From: Longimicrobiales bacterium
Lineage (GTDB): Bacteria > Gemmatimonadota > Gemmatimonadetes > Longimicrobiales > Gaopeijiaceae
Assembly: GCA_965203485.1 (NCBI GenBank)
Contig: OZ241892.1
Coordinates: 2,208,001-2,272,000 of the forward strand
Direction of reading: 5' to 3'
Length of the DNA: 64,000 nucleotides
Shown here: in pieces, positions 39,490 to 49,250 of the stretch
How the letters are laid out: each line of letters begins with the position of its first letter
Position numbering within the stretch: the stretch's first letter is position 1
Notes under the pieces: model-generated
Databases searched by the model: none
Seen by the model: only the letters and a program-made list of their open reading frames with translations
What the model was told of the DNA's origin: nothing
Program-made: the position numbers and the translations under genes

Positions 39490-42400
39490 CTAGAAGATGA
39501 TTTGCAGGCTGGCCGAAAATACTCGCGAATTCGGATAGCCGTAGCTGTCGACACGTCCGATTACTTGCGAGCCGGCATTGTTGTTGCTGCTGTCGTCGGT
39601 CAATGCTACCTCTGGATCGTAGCCACTGTAATCCGTAAACGTCAGGAGATTGCGTCCCAGCAGGTTTACGTCCAGGGCAGTGACCTTGCCGCGGAAGATG
39701 GAGTCCAGCCAGTCGGGGTTGAGCGAATACCGGATGGATGCCTCTCTAAGTTTGATGAAAGTGCCGTTTTCCACGAACCAGGAATTTACGGCGTTCGTGT
39801 TGTACAGAATCTGATAGTACGCGACGGGCTTCTTCATCTCGTCCGCCTTGCCGAACTGGTCTTGGTCGCCAGACCTGTTCTCTCGGTACGCCCATTGACG
39901 TGTCCTGTTGTAGATGTCGCCCCCGAACTCGGCGTCGAGCAATGCGTAGACTTCCAGTCCTTTCCAGCGGAAGCTGTTACGCCAGCTCACGTTGATGTCG
40001 GGTCTCGTGTTGCCCATGTAGAGGAAGTCGGTGCATCCCGCGCCGCCCTGACGCCGCGTCTCGCACTCGCCGAACATTCGAATGGGCATTCCCCATTTGA
40101 AGACATCGTCGCCCGTCGCGCCTTCGCTGTCGGTGCCCCAGAGACTCTTGCTTACTCCGTCGGTGTAGCTGTTTCCGCTTCCGACGTACACCATGAGGCC
40201 GTCGTCGTTGACCTGAAATTGCCCGCATGGCGCACCTGCCGGAAGATCATCGCAGGACTGAGCCCACTTGGCGCCGTAGAAGGCGCCGAAGACCTCGCCG
40301 TCGCGATAGTAGAAAAAGCCTCTGCGGAACGCCGAACGATTGAGTTCGGTGATCTCTTCCGAAAAGCTGTCGAGGTTGATGCGCATGCTCCATGAAAGGT
40401 CTTCGCGTTCCACGATTGGGCTCTCGACGAAGAACTCCCAACCCTTGGACTCCAGCGTGCCTGCATTCTGCCACTGCGAACCGAACCCGGCAACGCTGGG
40501 AAGCGGCACTTGAACCAACTGGTCGGTCGAGATCGTCTGGGCGTAGGTGAAGCCCGTGCTCAACTTGTTGAACAGCAAGACGTCCACGCCGTATTCGTTC
40601 TCGGACGACCGCTGGGGCTTGAGCTCCTTGTTGCCCAGCGTTATGGGCGTAATGGCCGTCCCGGTGACGCTGTAGGTCTCGTATTGGGCCACGAATCTCG
40701 GCCGACGACCTGCGGTTCCTTGAGACCAGCGTAGCTTGAATTCGTCTATCGACTCGAACGGCCACCAGTCTTCCTGAGACATCCGGTAGGCCAGAGAAGC
40801 TCGGTAGTAGGTTTGCCACCGCTGGTTCTCTCCGAAAAGGCTGGACCCATCTCGGCGAACCAAGCCACCAACGATGTACTTGCCCTTGTAGTCCACGTCG
40901 CCGATCAGGAAGTAGGACTCGCCGATCACGTCCTGTATCCAGGAACTGGCGTCGTGGTTGCCCTCCGCAAAGTTGTTCAAGCGGGGAACGCCGGTCGCGG
41001 TAAAGTCGTTGCCACTCGCCGCAAAGTTCTCATAATGGCTGTCTTCTCGCTGATATCGGGCACGGGCGCGCGTCGAGAAATCGCCGAAGGCCCTCTGTAC
41101 GGAAGCCGTGGCCTCGGCGTTGATGGATCGCCGGTGCGCTTGATATCTGCCATAGGAGCCGGACGTAATCCCCCCCTCGAACGTTTCCCGGCCCGCGGGC
41201 GCAAGATTGTGCTCACTGAAGCTGTTGCGATCCAAGCCAAAGAGACCCTCCACATCGAACCACGAAGCCGGACGCCAACGCGTGTTGAACGCGGCCTTGA
41301 CGTTGTGCTGATAATCGCGGTAATCCAGCAATTCGAAGTGATACAGCGGGTTGTCCTGGCCTGACAGCGGATCGGGGTTCACGTAGAGACACCCCTGCGG
41401 GGGGCAGTGCGGCTTTCCGATCGAAGTTGGATCCCGTTTGAGCAAGTCGACGTACGGACCCATGAAGGTCAGATCGAAGAACGGCGAACTGCCCAGATCG
41501 TCTTGCTCGGATTGCGTGTAGGCGGTGCTCAAGGAGACGTCCAGGTTGTCGCGAACTTGGTGGTCCACGTTCAAGCGGAAGCCATTGCGTACGAAGCCGT
41601 CGTTGTAGTCCGGCAACACGCCCAATTCCGAGTTGCGGTCAAAAGACGCTCGGTAATTCGTGCGTCCGGATTGCCCCGACGTGGCGAAGTGGTTGGACAA
41701 GTACGTCCCGGGCGAATAAATGCGTTGCACGTGGTCGTAAAGGGGCAAACGGCTCGGCCACGGATTGTCTTGGAACGACGTATTGACGTCGCCGCTCTCC
41801 AATCCGGGAGTTCCGACGTCTGGTTCCGTAAAGTCCGGGATCAGCTCGCCCTTCACGTCAAGCAACTCGCCCGAGGAATCCGTGGCCCAGGGATGGTATT
41901 TCGACAGCTGGATGGACCCGGCGAGCCGCGCCTGTCCCAATTCGTTGCGCGCGATGATGCGGCTGTAGTCCCCACCGAAGCTGCCTCCACGCTTGGTTCG
42001 GATCTGGACGACTCCGTTCGCCGCGCGGGAACCGTAGAGCGCCGCGCCCGCCGCCCCCTTCACGACCTCCATGGACTCGATGTCCAAGGTCGCCAATTGG
42101 TCGAAAGAGGTCGAAGAGATGATGCCGTCGACAACAATCAGGGGGCTCTGCGTGCCCGAGATCGAGGTCGCCCCCCGGAGCAGGATCCCTCCTGTTGCGC
42201 CTGGTTGCCCCGAGGCGCGAACAACTTTGACTCCAGGCACCTTCCCCGTCAGGAACGACTCCGCCGAGATCGCGGGCACCGGCGCGGCCGCCACGTCGAC
42301 CTTCTCGACCGTGAAGGGGAGCTTGACCCGGGGCGTCGCCCGGCTCACGCCCGTCACCACGAGTTCCTGCATGCGGATCGCCTCTCCGGCGAGTTCGGCG

Positions 42401-42735
42401 TCGAGAGCCGCCGTCTGACCCGCACCCACGCTGACCGACAACGTGGTCTCGGCGTAGCCGACGACGAGAAAGGTGAGATTGTGGGTGCCCGCCGGCACGC
42501 CCCGCATCAGGTAGCGGCCGTTTTGGTTCGTGAGCACCCCGCCCTCCTGCCCTTCCATCCGCACCAACGCGGATTCGAGAGGCTGGCCAGTGCCGCGGTC
42601 GGTGACGAGCCCCGTAACGGTACCCGTCTGTTGCGCGGACGCCCCTCCAGCCGAAAGCAACCCGGCCAAGACCAGGGCTGCCCCCGCCTTCCAACGCCTT
42701 TTGGGGCAAGTGTTCTGTCGCGTTGCTCTTCTCAT
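39490..42735 (-). CDS. SusC/RagA TonB-dependent transporter
   Basis: GGAGG RBS; PLIVVDG, IESMEVVKGAAGAALYGSRAANGV, YSGYDPE, terminal F. Confidence 0.93.
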   Translation of the reverse strand: MRRATRQNTCPKRRWKAGAALVLAGLLSAGGASAQQTGTVTGLVTDRGTGQPLESALVRMEGQEGGVLTNQNGRYLMRGVPAGTHNLTFLVVGYAETTLSVSVGAGQTAALDAELAGEAIRMQELVVTGVSRATPRVKLPFTVEKVDVAAAPVPAISAESFLTGKVPGVKVVRASGQPGATGGILLRGATSISGTQSPLIVVDGIISSTSFDQLATLDIESMEVVKGAAGAALYGSRAANGVVQIRTKRGGSFGGDYSRIIARNELGQARLAGSIQLSKYHPWATDSSGELLDVKGELIPDFTEPDVGTPGLESGDVNTSFQDNPWPSRLPLYDHVQRIYSPGTYLSNHFATSGQSGRTNYRASFDRNSELGVLPDYNDGFVRNGFRLNVDHQVRDNLDVSLSTAYTQSEQDDLGSSPFFDLTFMGPYVDLLKRDPTSIGKPHCPPQGCLYVNPDPLSGQDNPLYHFELLDYRDYQHNVKAAFNTRWRPASWFDVEGLFGLDRNSFSEHNLAPAGRETFEGGITSGSYGRYQAHRRSINAEATASVQRAFGDFSTRARARYQREDSHYENFAASGNDFTATGVPRLNNFAEGNHDASSWIQDVIGESYFLIGDVDYKGKYIVGGLVRRDGSSLFGENQRWQTYYRASLAYRMSQEDWWPFESIDEFKLRWSQGTAGRRPRFVAQYETYSVTGTAITPITLGNKELKPQRSSENEYGVDVLLFNKLSTGFTYAQTISTDQLVQVPLPSVAGFGSQWQNAGTLESKGWEFFVESPIVEREDLSWSMRINLDSFSEEITELNRSAFRRGFFYYRDGEVFGAFYGAKWAQSCDDLPAGAPCGQFQVNDDGLMVYVGSGNSYTDGVSKSLWGTDSEGATGDDVFKWGMPIRMFGECETRRQGGAGCTDFLYMGNTRPDINVSWRNSFRWKGLEVYALLDAEFGGDIYNRTRQWAYRENRSGDQDQFGKADEMKKPVAYYQILYNTNAVNSWFVENGTFIKLREASIRYSLNPDWLDSIFRGKVTALDVNLLGRNLLTFTDYSGYDPEVALTDDSSNNNAGSQVIGRVDSYGYPNSRVFSASLQIIF

Positions 42736-42867
42736 GCAACCTCCTGTGGTTGTGACGAACTGCTCCCGCGTGACGAGGCGAGACGACGCCGAAGGCCCCC
42801 GACGGGCCGCCTGCGCGGTTCCGACCAGGCTCGGCCCAAGCAACCATGGCGACGCCCCACCGAATCC

Positions 42868-42896
42868 AAGGTACGGAATCCGCCGGTCAATGGCAA
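42868..42896 (-). promoter_or_regulatory. Sigma70-type promoter for susC
   Basis: TTGCCA-N17-TACCTT. Confidence 0.5.
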
Positions 42897-42963
42897 ATTG
42901 AACGGAACATCCACCGCCCGTGGCCCGCCCCGGAATCCGCACGGACCTGTTGGCGCAGCCGCG

Positions 42964-44187
42964 TCACGACGCGCAGGCCTGCACGATTTCGGAGCGGCTG
43001 AAGCCGTAGTCGGCCAACACCTGCGCGGTGTGTTGTCCGAGGCGCGGCGACGGGATGCCGATCGCCGCAGGGCATCCCGAGAGCTTGACCGGCATCCCGA
43101 TCGTGCGCCGTCCTCCGTCGGCGTCCGGGACCGAGACGACCATGGCGCGGGCGAGCGTCTGCGGGTGCTCCAGCATGTCCCCGATCGTGGAGACCGGGCC
43201 GGCGGGAACCGACGCGGCCTCGAACCGCCGAAGCCACTCCGCGGCCCCTGCCTGCGCGAGGCAGCGCACCAGCGCTTCCCGTAGCGCGCCGAGGTTCTTC
43301 ATCCGCGCCGCATTGGTGACGTAGCGGGGGTCCGCCGCCAGCTCCGGGACCTCCATGGCCTCGACCAAGCGCAACCAGCTGGCTTGGTTCCAGGCGCCGA
43401 TCGTGATCCACTCGTCCTTGGTCGGGAAGGCTTCGTAGGGAGCCGCGAGCGGATGGGCGGAGCCGAGGGGGCCGGGCGACTTCCCGGTGGCCATCGCGGC
43501 CGCGGCTTGCCAGAAGGTCTGGGCTATGCCCGCTTCGTAGAGCGACGTGTCCACGCGGCGTCCGCGGCCGGTCTTCTCCCGGTCGTACAGAGCGGCGAGA
43601 ACCCCCATGGCCGCGAGAATGCCCGCCGTGATGTCGGTCAGCGGCGGCCCGCACTTGACCGGGGCGCGACCGGGACCTTCGCCCGTGATGCTCATCAGGC
43701 CGGTCATCCCTTGCGCGATCAGGTCGAAGCCGGGACGGCTCGCGAGCGGGCCCGTGCGGCCGAAGCCCGTGATCTGACAGTACACGAGGCGGGCATTGGC
43801 CTGACGCAACGCCTCGTACCCGAGACCGAGGCGCTCCATCGTCCCGGGCCGGAAGTTCTCGATGGCCACGTCGCACCGGGCCAACATTCGCCGTGCGGCG
43901 GCCACGCCGGTTGCCGCCTTGAGGTCGAGGACGGCACCCCGCTTGTTGCGGTTGAGCATGGCGAACGCCGGGCTTTCGCGCTCCGGCTGCAGCGTTTGGG
44001 GCGGGCCGGATTCGCCGGCGGCCGACTCGAGCGGCGCAACGAGCGCACGAGCCGGGTCCCCGGAATGCGGGGGCTCGATCTTGACCACGTCGGCGCCCCA
44101 GTCGGCAAGCATCCGGCCGCACACGGGACCGGCCATCACGTGCGCAAACTCCAGCACGCGAATTCCCGCCAAGGGCCGGGCAGTCAC
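42964..44187 (-). CDS. CaiB/BaiF (family III) CoA-transferase
   Basis: GADVVKIEP, NRNKR, ENFRPG, GFDLIAQG, LGQHT; start 44187 or 44334. Confidence 0.93.
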   Translation of the reverse strand: MTARPLAGIRVLEFAHVMAGPVCGRMLADWGADVVKIEPPHSGDPARALVAPLESAAGESGPPQTLQPERESPAFAMLNRNKRGAVLDLKAATGVAAARRMLARCDVAIENFRPGTMERLGLGYEALRQANARLVYCQITGFGRTGPLASRPGFDLIAQGMTGLMSITGEGPGRAPVKCGPPLTDITAGILAAMGVLAALYDREKTGRGRRVDTSLYEAGIAQTFWQAAAAMATGKSPGPLGSAHPLAAPYEAFPTKDEWITIGAWNQASWLRLVEAMEVPELAADPRYVTNAARMKNLGALREALVRCLAQAGAAEWLRRFEAASVPAGPVSTIGDMLEHPQTLARAMVVSVPDADGGRRTIGMPVKLSGCPAAIGIPSPRLGQHTAQVLADYGFSRSEIVQACAS

Positions 44188-44634
44188 TCCGTGCTCCGGC
44201 TTGCCCTCGTCCTCCGGGGCGTCGGCCGGTTGGGGGAGCCCGGGGGGGCGCCCATCACCGGCGCCCGGCCGGCAACTCCTCGTCCGTGGCGCAGTCCACG
44301 ATCCGGCCTGCGGCCGCCTGGAGCCGCCGGACATGGACCGTCGGCTCGATCATCGACCTTCTCCTTCCGCGGCGGCAACATGGTTCCAAGCGTACTTCGG
44401 CAACCGGGCCAAGTCAAAAGAGTTCGCAAGCCCCGCGTGCCCGCATGGCCTAGCTTGATCGCGGCGGGGCCTCCGGGAACGTTGCCGCAACCGGCCAGCG
44501 CCGCGGCAGGTCGCCGCGCCGGCGCCGATCCCGTGCTCTTGCTTCGATTCCCGCTTCCCATGGCGTCCCGTTCGCGAGTCCATGCGCCCGCTTCTCTCCA
44601 GGTCGTCGTTCCGCGCCGCAGGAGCGCCCGCAAC

Positions 44635-47600
44635 ATGACGGCGCGTTCGCCCAACGGGCGCCCGGAACAACCGGGCCGGGCCGGGCCGGGCCTCCGCGAC
44701 GCCTCCAGCTGGCGCGACGAGCCCAGCTCGGGCCGGCGCCCGTTCCGCCGCCCGGACGCGCTCCGCTCCTTCGCGACATCGCGCCTGGCCCGCCGCCTTG
44801 CCCGCCATGTGGAAGGCGCTGTCCGCTTCGACGCCATCTCGTGCGCCCTCTATTCGACCGACGCATCGATCTACGAGGTGCCGCCGCTCGGGGTGGTGCT
44901 GCCCAAGACGCTGGACGACGTGGAGGCGGTGCTGGATGTCGCCCGGGAGGAGGGGGTCCCGGTGCTACCCCGGGGCGCCGGCACGTCGCAGTGCGGCCAG
45001 ACGGTGGGGCGGGCCGTGGTCGTGGACACGTCGCGGCACTTGACCCGTATCTGCGCGGTGGACGAGGAAGACCGCACGGCCACGGTGGAGCCGGGCGTGG
45101 TGCTGGACGCGCTCAACCGGGCGCTCGCGCCGTCGGGACTCTTCTTCCCCGTGGACGTGGCGACCGCAAGCAGGGCCACCATCGGCGGAATGGCCGGAAA
45201 CAACAGCGGCGGCGCGCGCTCGATCCGCTACGGCGTGACCGCGGACAACGTGCTGGCCATCGAAGCGTCGTTGCCGGAGGGCGGCGTCGCGACGTTCGGG
45301 CCTGGCGGGGGGGCGGGCCGCGGCGGGCCGGGCCGGACGCGTGGGCCGGCGGCGAAGGGGAGCAGGGTCGGAGCGGACCGGGCCGGGGAGATTGTAGCGC
45401 GCGTCCAGCAGATCGCCGAGCGGGAAGCGTCCGAGCTGGAGCGGCGCGTGCCCGGCGTGGCGCGTCACGTGGCCGGCTACAACCTGCACCGCCTCCTGGC
45501 CCCGGGCGCGCCGGTGGCCGAACTGCTCGTGGGTTCAGAAGGCACTCTCGCCTTCTTTAGGCGGATTACGCTCAAGCTGGCCAGGAGACCTCGGCGCCGG
45601 GTGCTGGCCACGTGCGGCTTCCCCTCGCTGCGAAGCGCGCTGGACGCGGTTCAGCACATAGTGGAGCTGCGCCCGCACGCCGTGGAGCTGGTGGACGAGG
45701 CGGTGCTTCGGCTGGCCAGGCGGCACGACCAGTTCCGCGGCGCCGTGGAGGGCCTCGCGCCGGGCGGCGCGCGAGCCGTGCTGCTTGTGGAGTTTGCGGG
45801 GGAGGAGCGCGAGCCGCTGCTCCGCAAGCTCGACGCCCTCGAGGACGCAACCGGCCCGGGCGGGCACGGTCGCGGCATCTCGCGAGCCGAGACCGCCGCC
45901 GCCCAGGACGCCGTGTGGAGGGTGCGCCGGACGGCGATGAACATCGTCATGTCGGCGGAGGGGCCGCGAAGGCCCGTCTCGATCGTCGAGGACTGCGCGG
46001 TTCCGTTGCCCCTGCTGGCCGAGTACGCCGAAGCGGTGACGGACATCTTCGCCCGCCACGGGACGCGGGGCGCTTGGTACGCTCACGCGTCGGTCGGCTG
46101 CCTTCACGTTCGGCCGTCCCTGGACGTTCGCGACCCGGGGGACTTGGCGGCGTTGCGCGCCATCGCGGAAGAAACGCACGACGTGGTGCGGCGGTTGGGG
46201 GGATCGCATTCGGGCGAGCACGGGGACGGCATTCTGCGTTCGGAGTTCATCGAGCCCATGCTGGGTTCGCGGCTGGCCGGCGCCTTCGCCGACGTGAAGC
46301 GCGCCTTCGATCCGGACGGCCTGATGAACCCGGGCAAGATCGTCGACCCGCCCCGCATGGACGATGCGGCGCTGTTGCGGCTGGAGCCTGCGCGCGCGCC
46401 CACCGACGATCGTGGACGCCGCGACATGCGGCGCGAGCAACATGGCCTTCGGGGCGCGCCCGCCGACGCGCAACCCGTGACGTCGCGTGCCGGCGAAGCG
46501 GCTTCTTTGCCGTCCGCGCCCGGCGGCGCGCCGTTGCCCTTGGCGCGGCATGGCGGCGGCGGGGTCGGCGGCATGGACTGGACCGACACGGGCGGATTCG
46601 CGGCGGCCCTCGGGCGGTGCAACAACAACGGCGCGTGCCGAAAGACGCAGTCCGGCGTGATGTGTCCCTCCTTTCGGGTCACCCGAGAGGAACGAGACGC
46701 CACGCGCGGGCGCGCGAACGTATTGCGTCTCGCGATGTCCGGAGCACTGGGCCCGGAAGGACTGGGCGCCCCGGAAGTGGCGGATGCGCTGGAGCTGTGC
46801 GTGGCCTGCAAGGCGTGCAGGCGCGAGTGCCCAGTCGGCGTAGACATGGCGCGCATGAAGGCCGAGACGCTCTACCGCCGACGGCAGACCGGGCGGCGCG
46901 CGGGCGGCGCGCGGGCCGAGATCCGCCAGCGCCTGTTCGCCAGCTTGCCCCGGTACGCCCCGGCGGCCGCGCGGGCGCGCCGGCTGCTCAACCTCCGCAA
47001 CCGAAGCCCCCGGCTGGCCTGGGCGGGCGAGCGGCTGCTTGGAATCAGCGCCGGCCGCGCGTTGCCCGCGTGGCAGGCGCGGCCGTTCCGGGACGCGGAG
47101 CTGGCCCAGGCGGCCGGGAACACGCCTCTCGTGCCGGAGGGCTCGGCGGCCGTCCTGTTCGTGGACACCTTTCATCGCTTCTTCGAGCCTGAGGTGGCGC
47201 GCGCCGGAGCCACGGTGCTACGCAACCTTGGCGTCGAGCCCCTAGCCGCCGTCCCCGACGGTCCGCCTCTTTGCTGCGGACGCACCTGGATCAGCGCCGG
47301 CCTCCTCGATCAAGCCCGCGCCACGCTGGCTCGGACCGTCGGCGTCCTGGCGCCGCTCGCCGCGACCGGCCTGCCGATCCTCGGCCTCGAGCCGTCGTGC
47401 TTGCTGACTTTGCGGGAAGACGCGCCTCTTCTCGTCCCCGGCGAGGAGGCTCGCGTCGTGGCTGATCGGGCCGTCCTCCTCGACGAGCGCTTGGCAGCTA
47501 GCGACTTCTCCGCCGAGCGCCGGCAGCCCGTCGAAGTCGTGTCCGGCCGCGGAAGCGGCGGCGTGGCCCGCGTGCACGGCCACTGCCACCAGAAGGCCGC

Positions 47601-47907
47601 CGGGGCCGCCGGGGCGACTCTCCGCGTCGTGGAGATGTTCGCCGGCCTGCAAGCCGTTGCGGCGCCGGCGACGTGTTGCGGCATGGCGGGTTCGTTCGGC
47701 TACGAAGCCGAGCACGCCTCCATCTCCCAGGCAATGGGCGAACTGGACCTCCTTCCCGCCGTGCGGGCCTCCCCAACCCGCGACGTCATCGTGGCCAACG
47801 GCTTCAGCTGCCGGTCGCAGATTCGCGAATTCACGGACAGGACGCCGCGCCACGTGGCAACGCTGATCGCCGAGCGCATGGCGGGCGGCGGTCCTGCCGC
47901 CCCGTGA
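44635..47907 (+). CDS. FAD-linked oxidase / Fe-S (CCG domain) fusion, D-lactate/glycolate dehydrogenase-like
   Basis: PRGAGTS, SGEHGDG, CVACKACRREC, CCG motifs. Confidence 0.92.
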   Translation: MTARSPNGRPEQPGRAGPGLRDASSWRDEPSSGRRPFRRPDALRSFATSRLARRLARHVEGAVRFDAISCALYSTDASIYEVPPLGVVLPKTLDDVEAVLDVAREEGVPVLPRGAGTSQCGQTVGRAVVVDTSRHLTRICAVDEEDRTATVEPGVVLDALNRALAPSGLFFPVDVATASRATIGGMAGNNSGGARSIRYGVTADNVLAIEASLPEGGVATFGPGGGAGRGGPGRTRGPAAKGSRVGADRAGEIVARVQQIAEREASELERRVPGVARHVAGYNLHRLLAPGAPVAELLVGSEGTLAFFRRITLKLARRPRRRVLATCGFPSLRSALDAVQHIVELRPHAVELVDEAVLRLARRHDQFRGAVEGLAPGGARAVLLVEFAGEEREPLLRKLDALEDATGPGGHGRGISRAETAAAQDAVWRVRRTAMNIVMSAEGPRRPVSIVEDCAVPLPLLAEYAEAVTDIFARHGTRGAWYAHASVGCLHVRPSLDVRDPGDLAALRAIAEETHDVVRRLGGSHSGEHGDGILRSEFIEPMLGSRLAGAFADVKRAFDPDGLMNPGKIVDPPRMDDAALLRLEPARAPTDDRGRRDMRREQHGLRGAPADAQPVTSRAGEAASLPSAPGGAPLPLARHGGGGVGGMDWTDTGGFAAALGRCNNNGACRKTQSGVMCPSFRVTREERDATRGRANVLRLAMSGALGPEGLGAPEVADALELCVACKACRRECPVGVDMARMKAETLYRRRQTGRRAGGARAEIRQRLFASLPRYAPAAARARRLLNLRNRSPRLAWAGERLLGISAGRALPAWQARPFRDAELAQAAGNTPLVPEGSAAVLFVDTFHRFFEPEVARAGATVLRNLGVEPLAAVPDGPPLCCGRTWISAGLLDQARATLARTVGVLAPLAATGLPILGLEPSCLLTLREDAPLLVPGEEARVVADRAVLLDERLAASDFSAERRQPVEVVSGRGSGGVARVHGHCHQKAAGAAGATLRVVEMFAGLQAVAAPATCCGMAGSFGYEAEHASISQAMGELDLLPAVRASPTRDVIVANGFSCRSQIREFTDRTPRHVATLIAERMAGGGPAAP

Positions 47908-48157
47908 GCCTCAGGTCCATGGCGGCACGCCCTTTGCGCCGCTTCTCCGGCGTTTCGGCCATTTGCCGTGGCCGCGCGCGTCGACAGCGGGACATCGAAG
48001 CGGACATTTCAGGGCATCACGCGGCTCGGCGAACAAGAATCGGTCCCATTCAGCCATGTTCGGGTCCCGCGGGCCGGCACGTCCTTCTCTTGGTCGGCCG
48101 GGACGCCCGCCGCGTCCCCCACGCCGAACATCGGTGCACCGGAAAAGGACAAGTCCC

Positions 48158-49191
48158 GTGGCCAAGCCCGCCGAGCCCCCGAAGAGGCCGCGCCGCATGC
48201 ACGACGAAGTCCTCAAGGGGTTCTTTTCGGGCAAGGCCGCAGTCCGGTCTCTGGTGCAGGAGTTCATGGCCCGGGGATGGGTCGGCGAACTCGACCTTTC
48301 GGATGTCGAGGACATCCCCACCGAGCACATCGGCCTAGTGGGCGGCCAAGCCCGCCGCTCCGACGCTGCTTGGCGCGTGCGGCTCCGCGACAGCGCCCAT
48401 TCGGTCGTCCTGCATGTCGAATTCCAATCCGCGGGCGACCCCAATTATGCTGTTGCGGAGCTTCGAGTACGTCGGTCACCTCTACAAGTTCCTCAGCCGC
48501 GCCGAGAGCCGTGCCGACGCCGCCGTGCCGGTGGTGCTGTCGGGCGTCTTCTACGTCGGCAACAAGCCATGGGACGCTCCCACCGTGACGGATCAGCTGG
48601 CCCCGCCCGGATCACCCACGCTCGCCCAGCTCCAGACGCGCCACCAGCGTCCTTGACGCGCGCTCGGCCGATGAGCGAGACTTGCCCGCCGGCGGCTCCG
48701 TCCTGCGATGGCTGGTCGAACTCCTGCGCGACTGGCGCACCCTGCCCGCGCTGGTCGACGCGCTGGCCGAACATTGCAGCGGCCCCGAGCACGCCGGCAT
48801 GCGGGAGGGCTTCGCCATGGTGGTGGAAGAGGCCATGCTCGCCGCCGACGCGCGCCTGGACGCCGTCCGCGACGTCGTCCAACAAGTCAAGCATCCCAGA
48901 AGAGGAGCGCACATGACCTGGCAAATCGCCAAAGAGTTCGAACAGGCCCGCCGGGAGGGCCGCGAGGAGGGACTCGCACAAGGAGTGGTCCAGGGCGAGA
49001 CCCGGGGGCGCGAGCAGTTTGCCGTGCGCTTCGCCGCGCGCAAGTTCGGGACGGAGACCGCGGACGAGTTGCGCCGCGCGCTGGCGTCGGCTGGGCCGAG
49101 AGCCGCAGAACAGATCGCCGACGCCATCGTGGATTCCGACAACGGCGACGAGCTCCTGGCCCGCCTAATGAGCGGCGACGCCGCGAACTGA
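48158..49191 (+). pseudogene. Rpn/YhgA-like recombination-promoting nuclease, frameshifted
   Basis: HD, RSDAAW, HVEFQS, then other frames MLLRSFEY...VFYVG...W and EGREEG tail. Confidence 0.8.
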
Positions 49192-49250
49192 TCGCGTCCG
49201 GCCCGCCGGGCGTCGTCCACAAGGCGAAGCGGCCTCGGCTGGCCAAGGCC

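Noticed and set aside
43384..44634. N-terminal extension making a 1507-aa oxidase
   Set aside because: Overlaps the CoA-transferase on the opposite strand; RBS and ATG at 44635 give a more plausible start.
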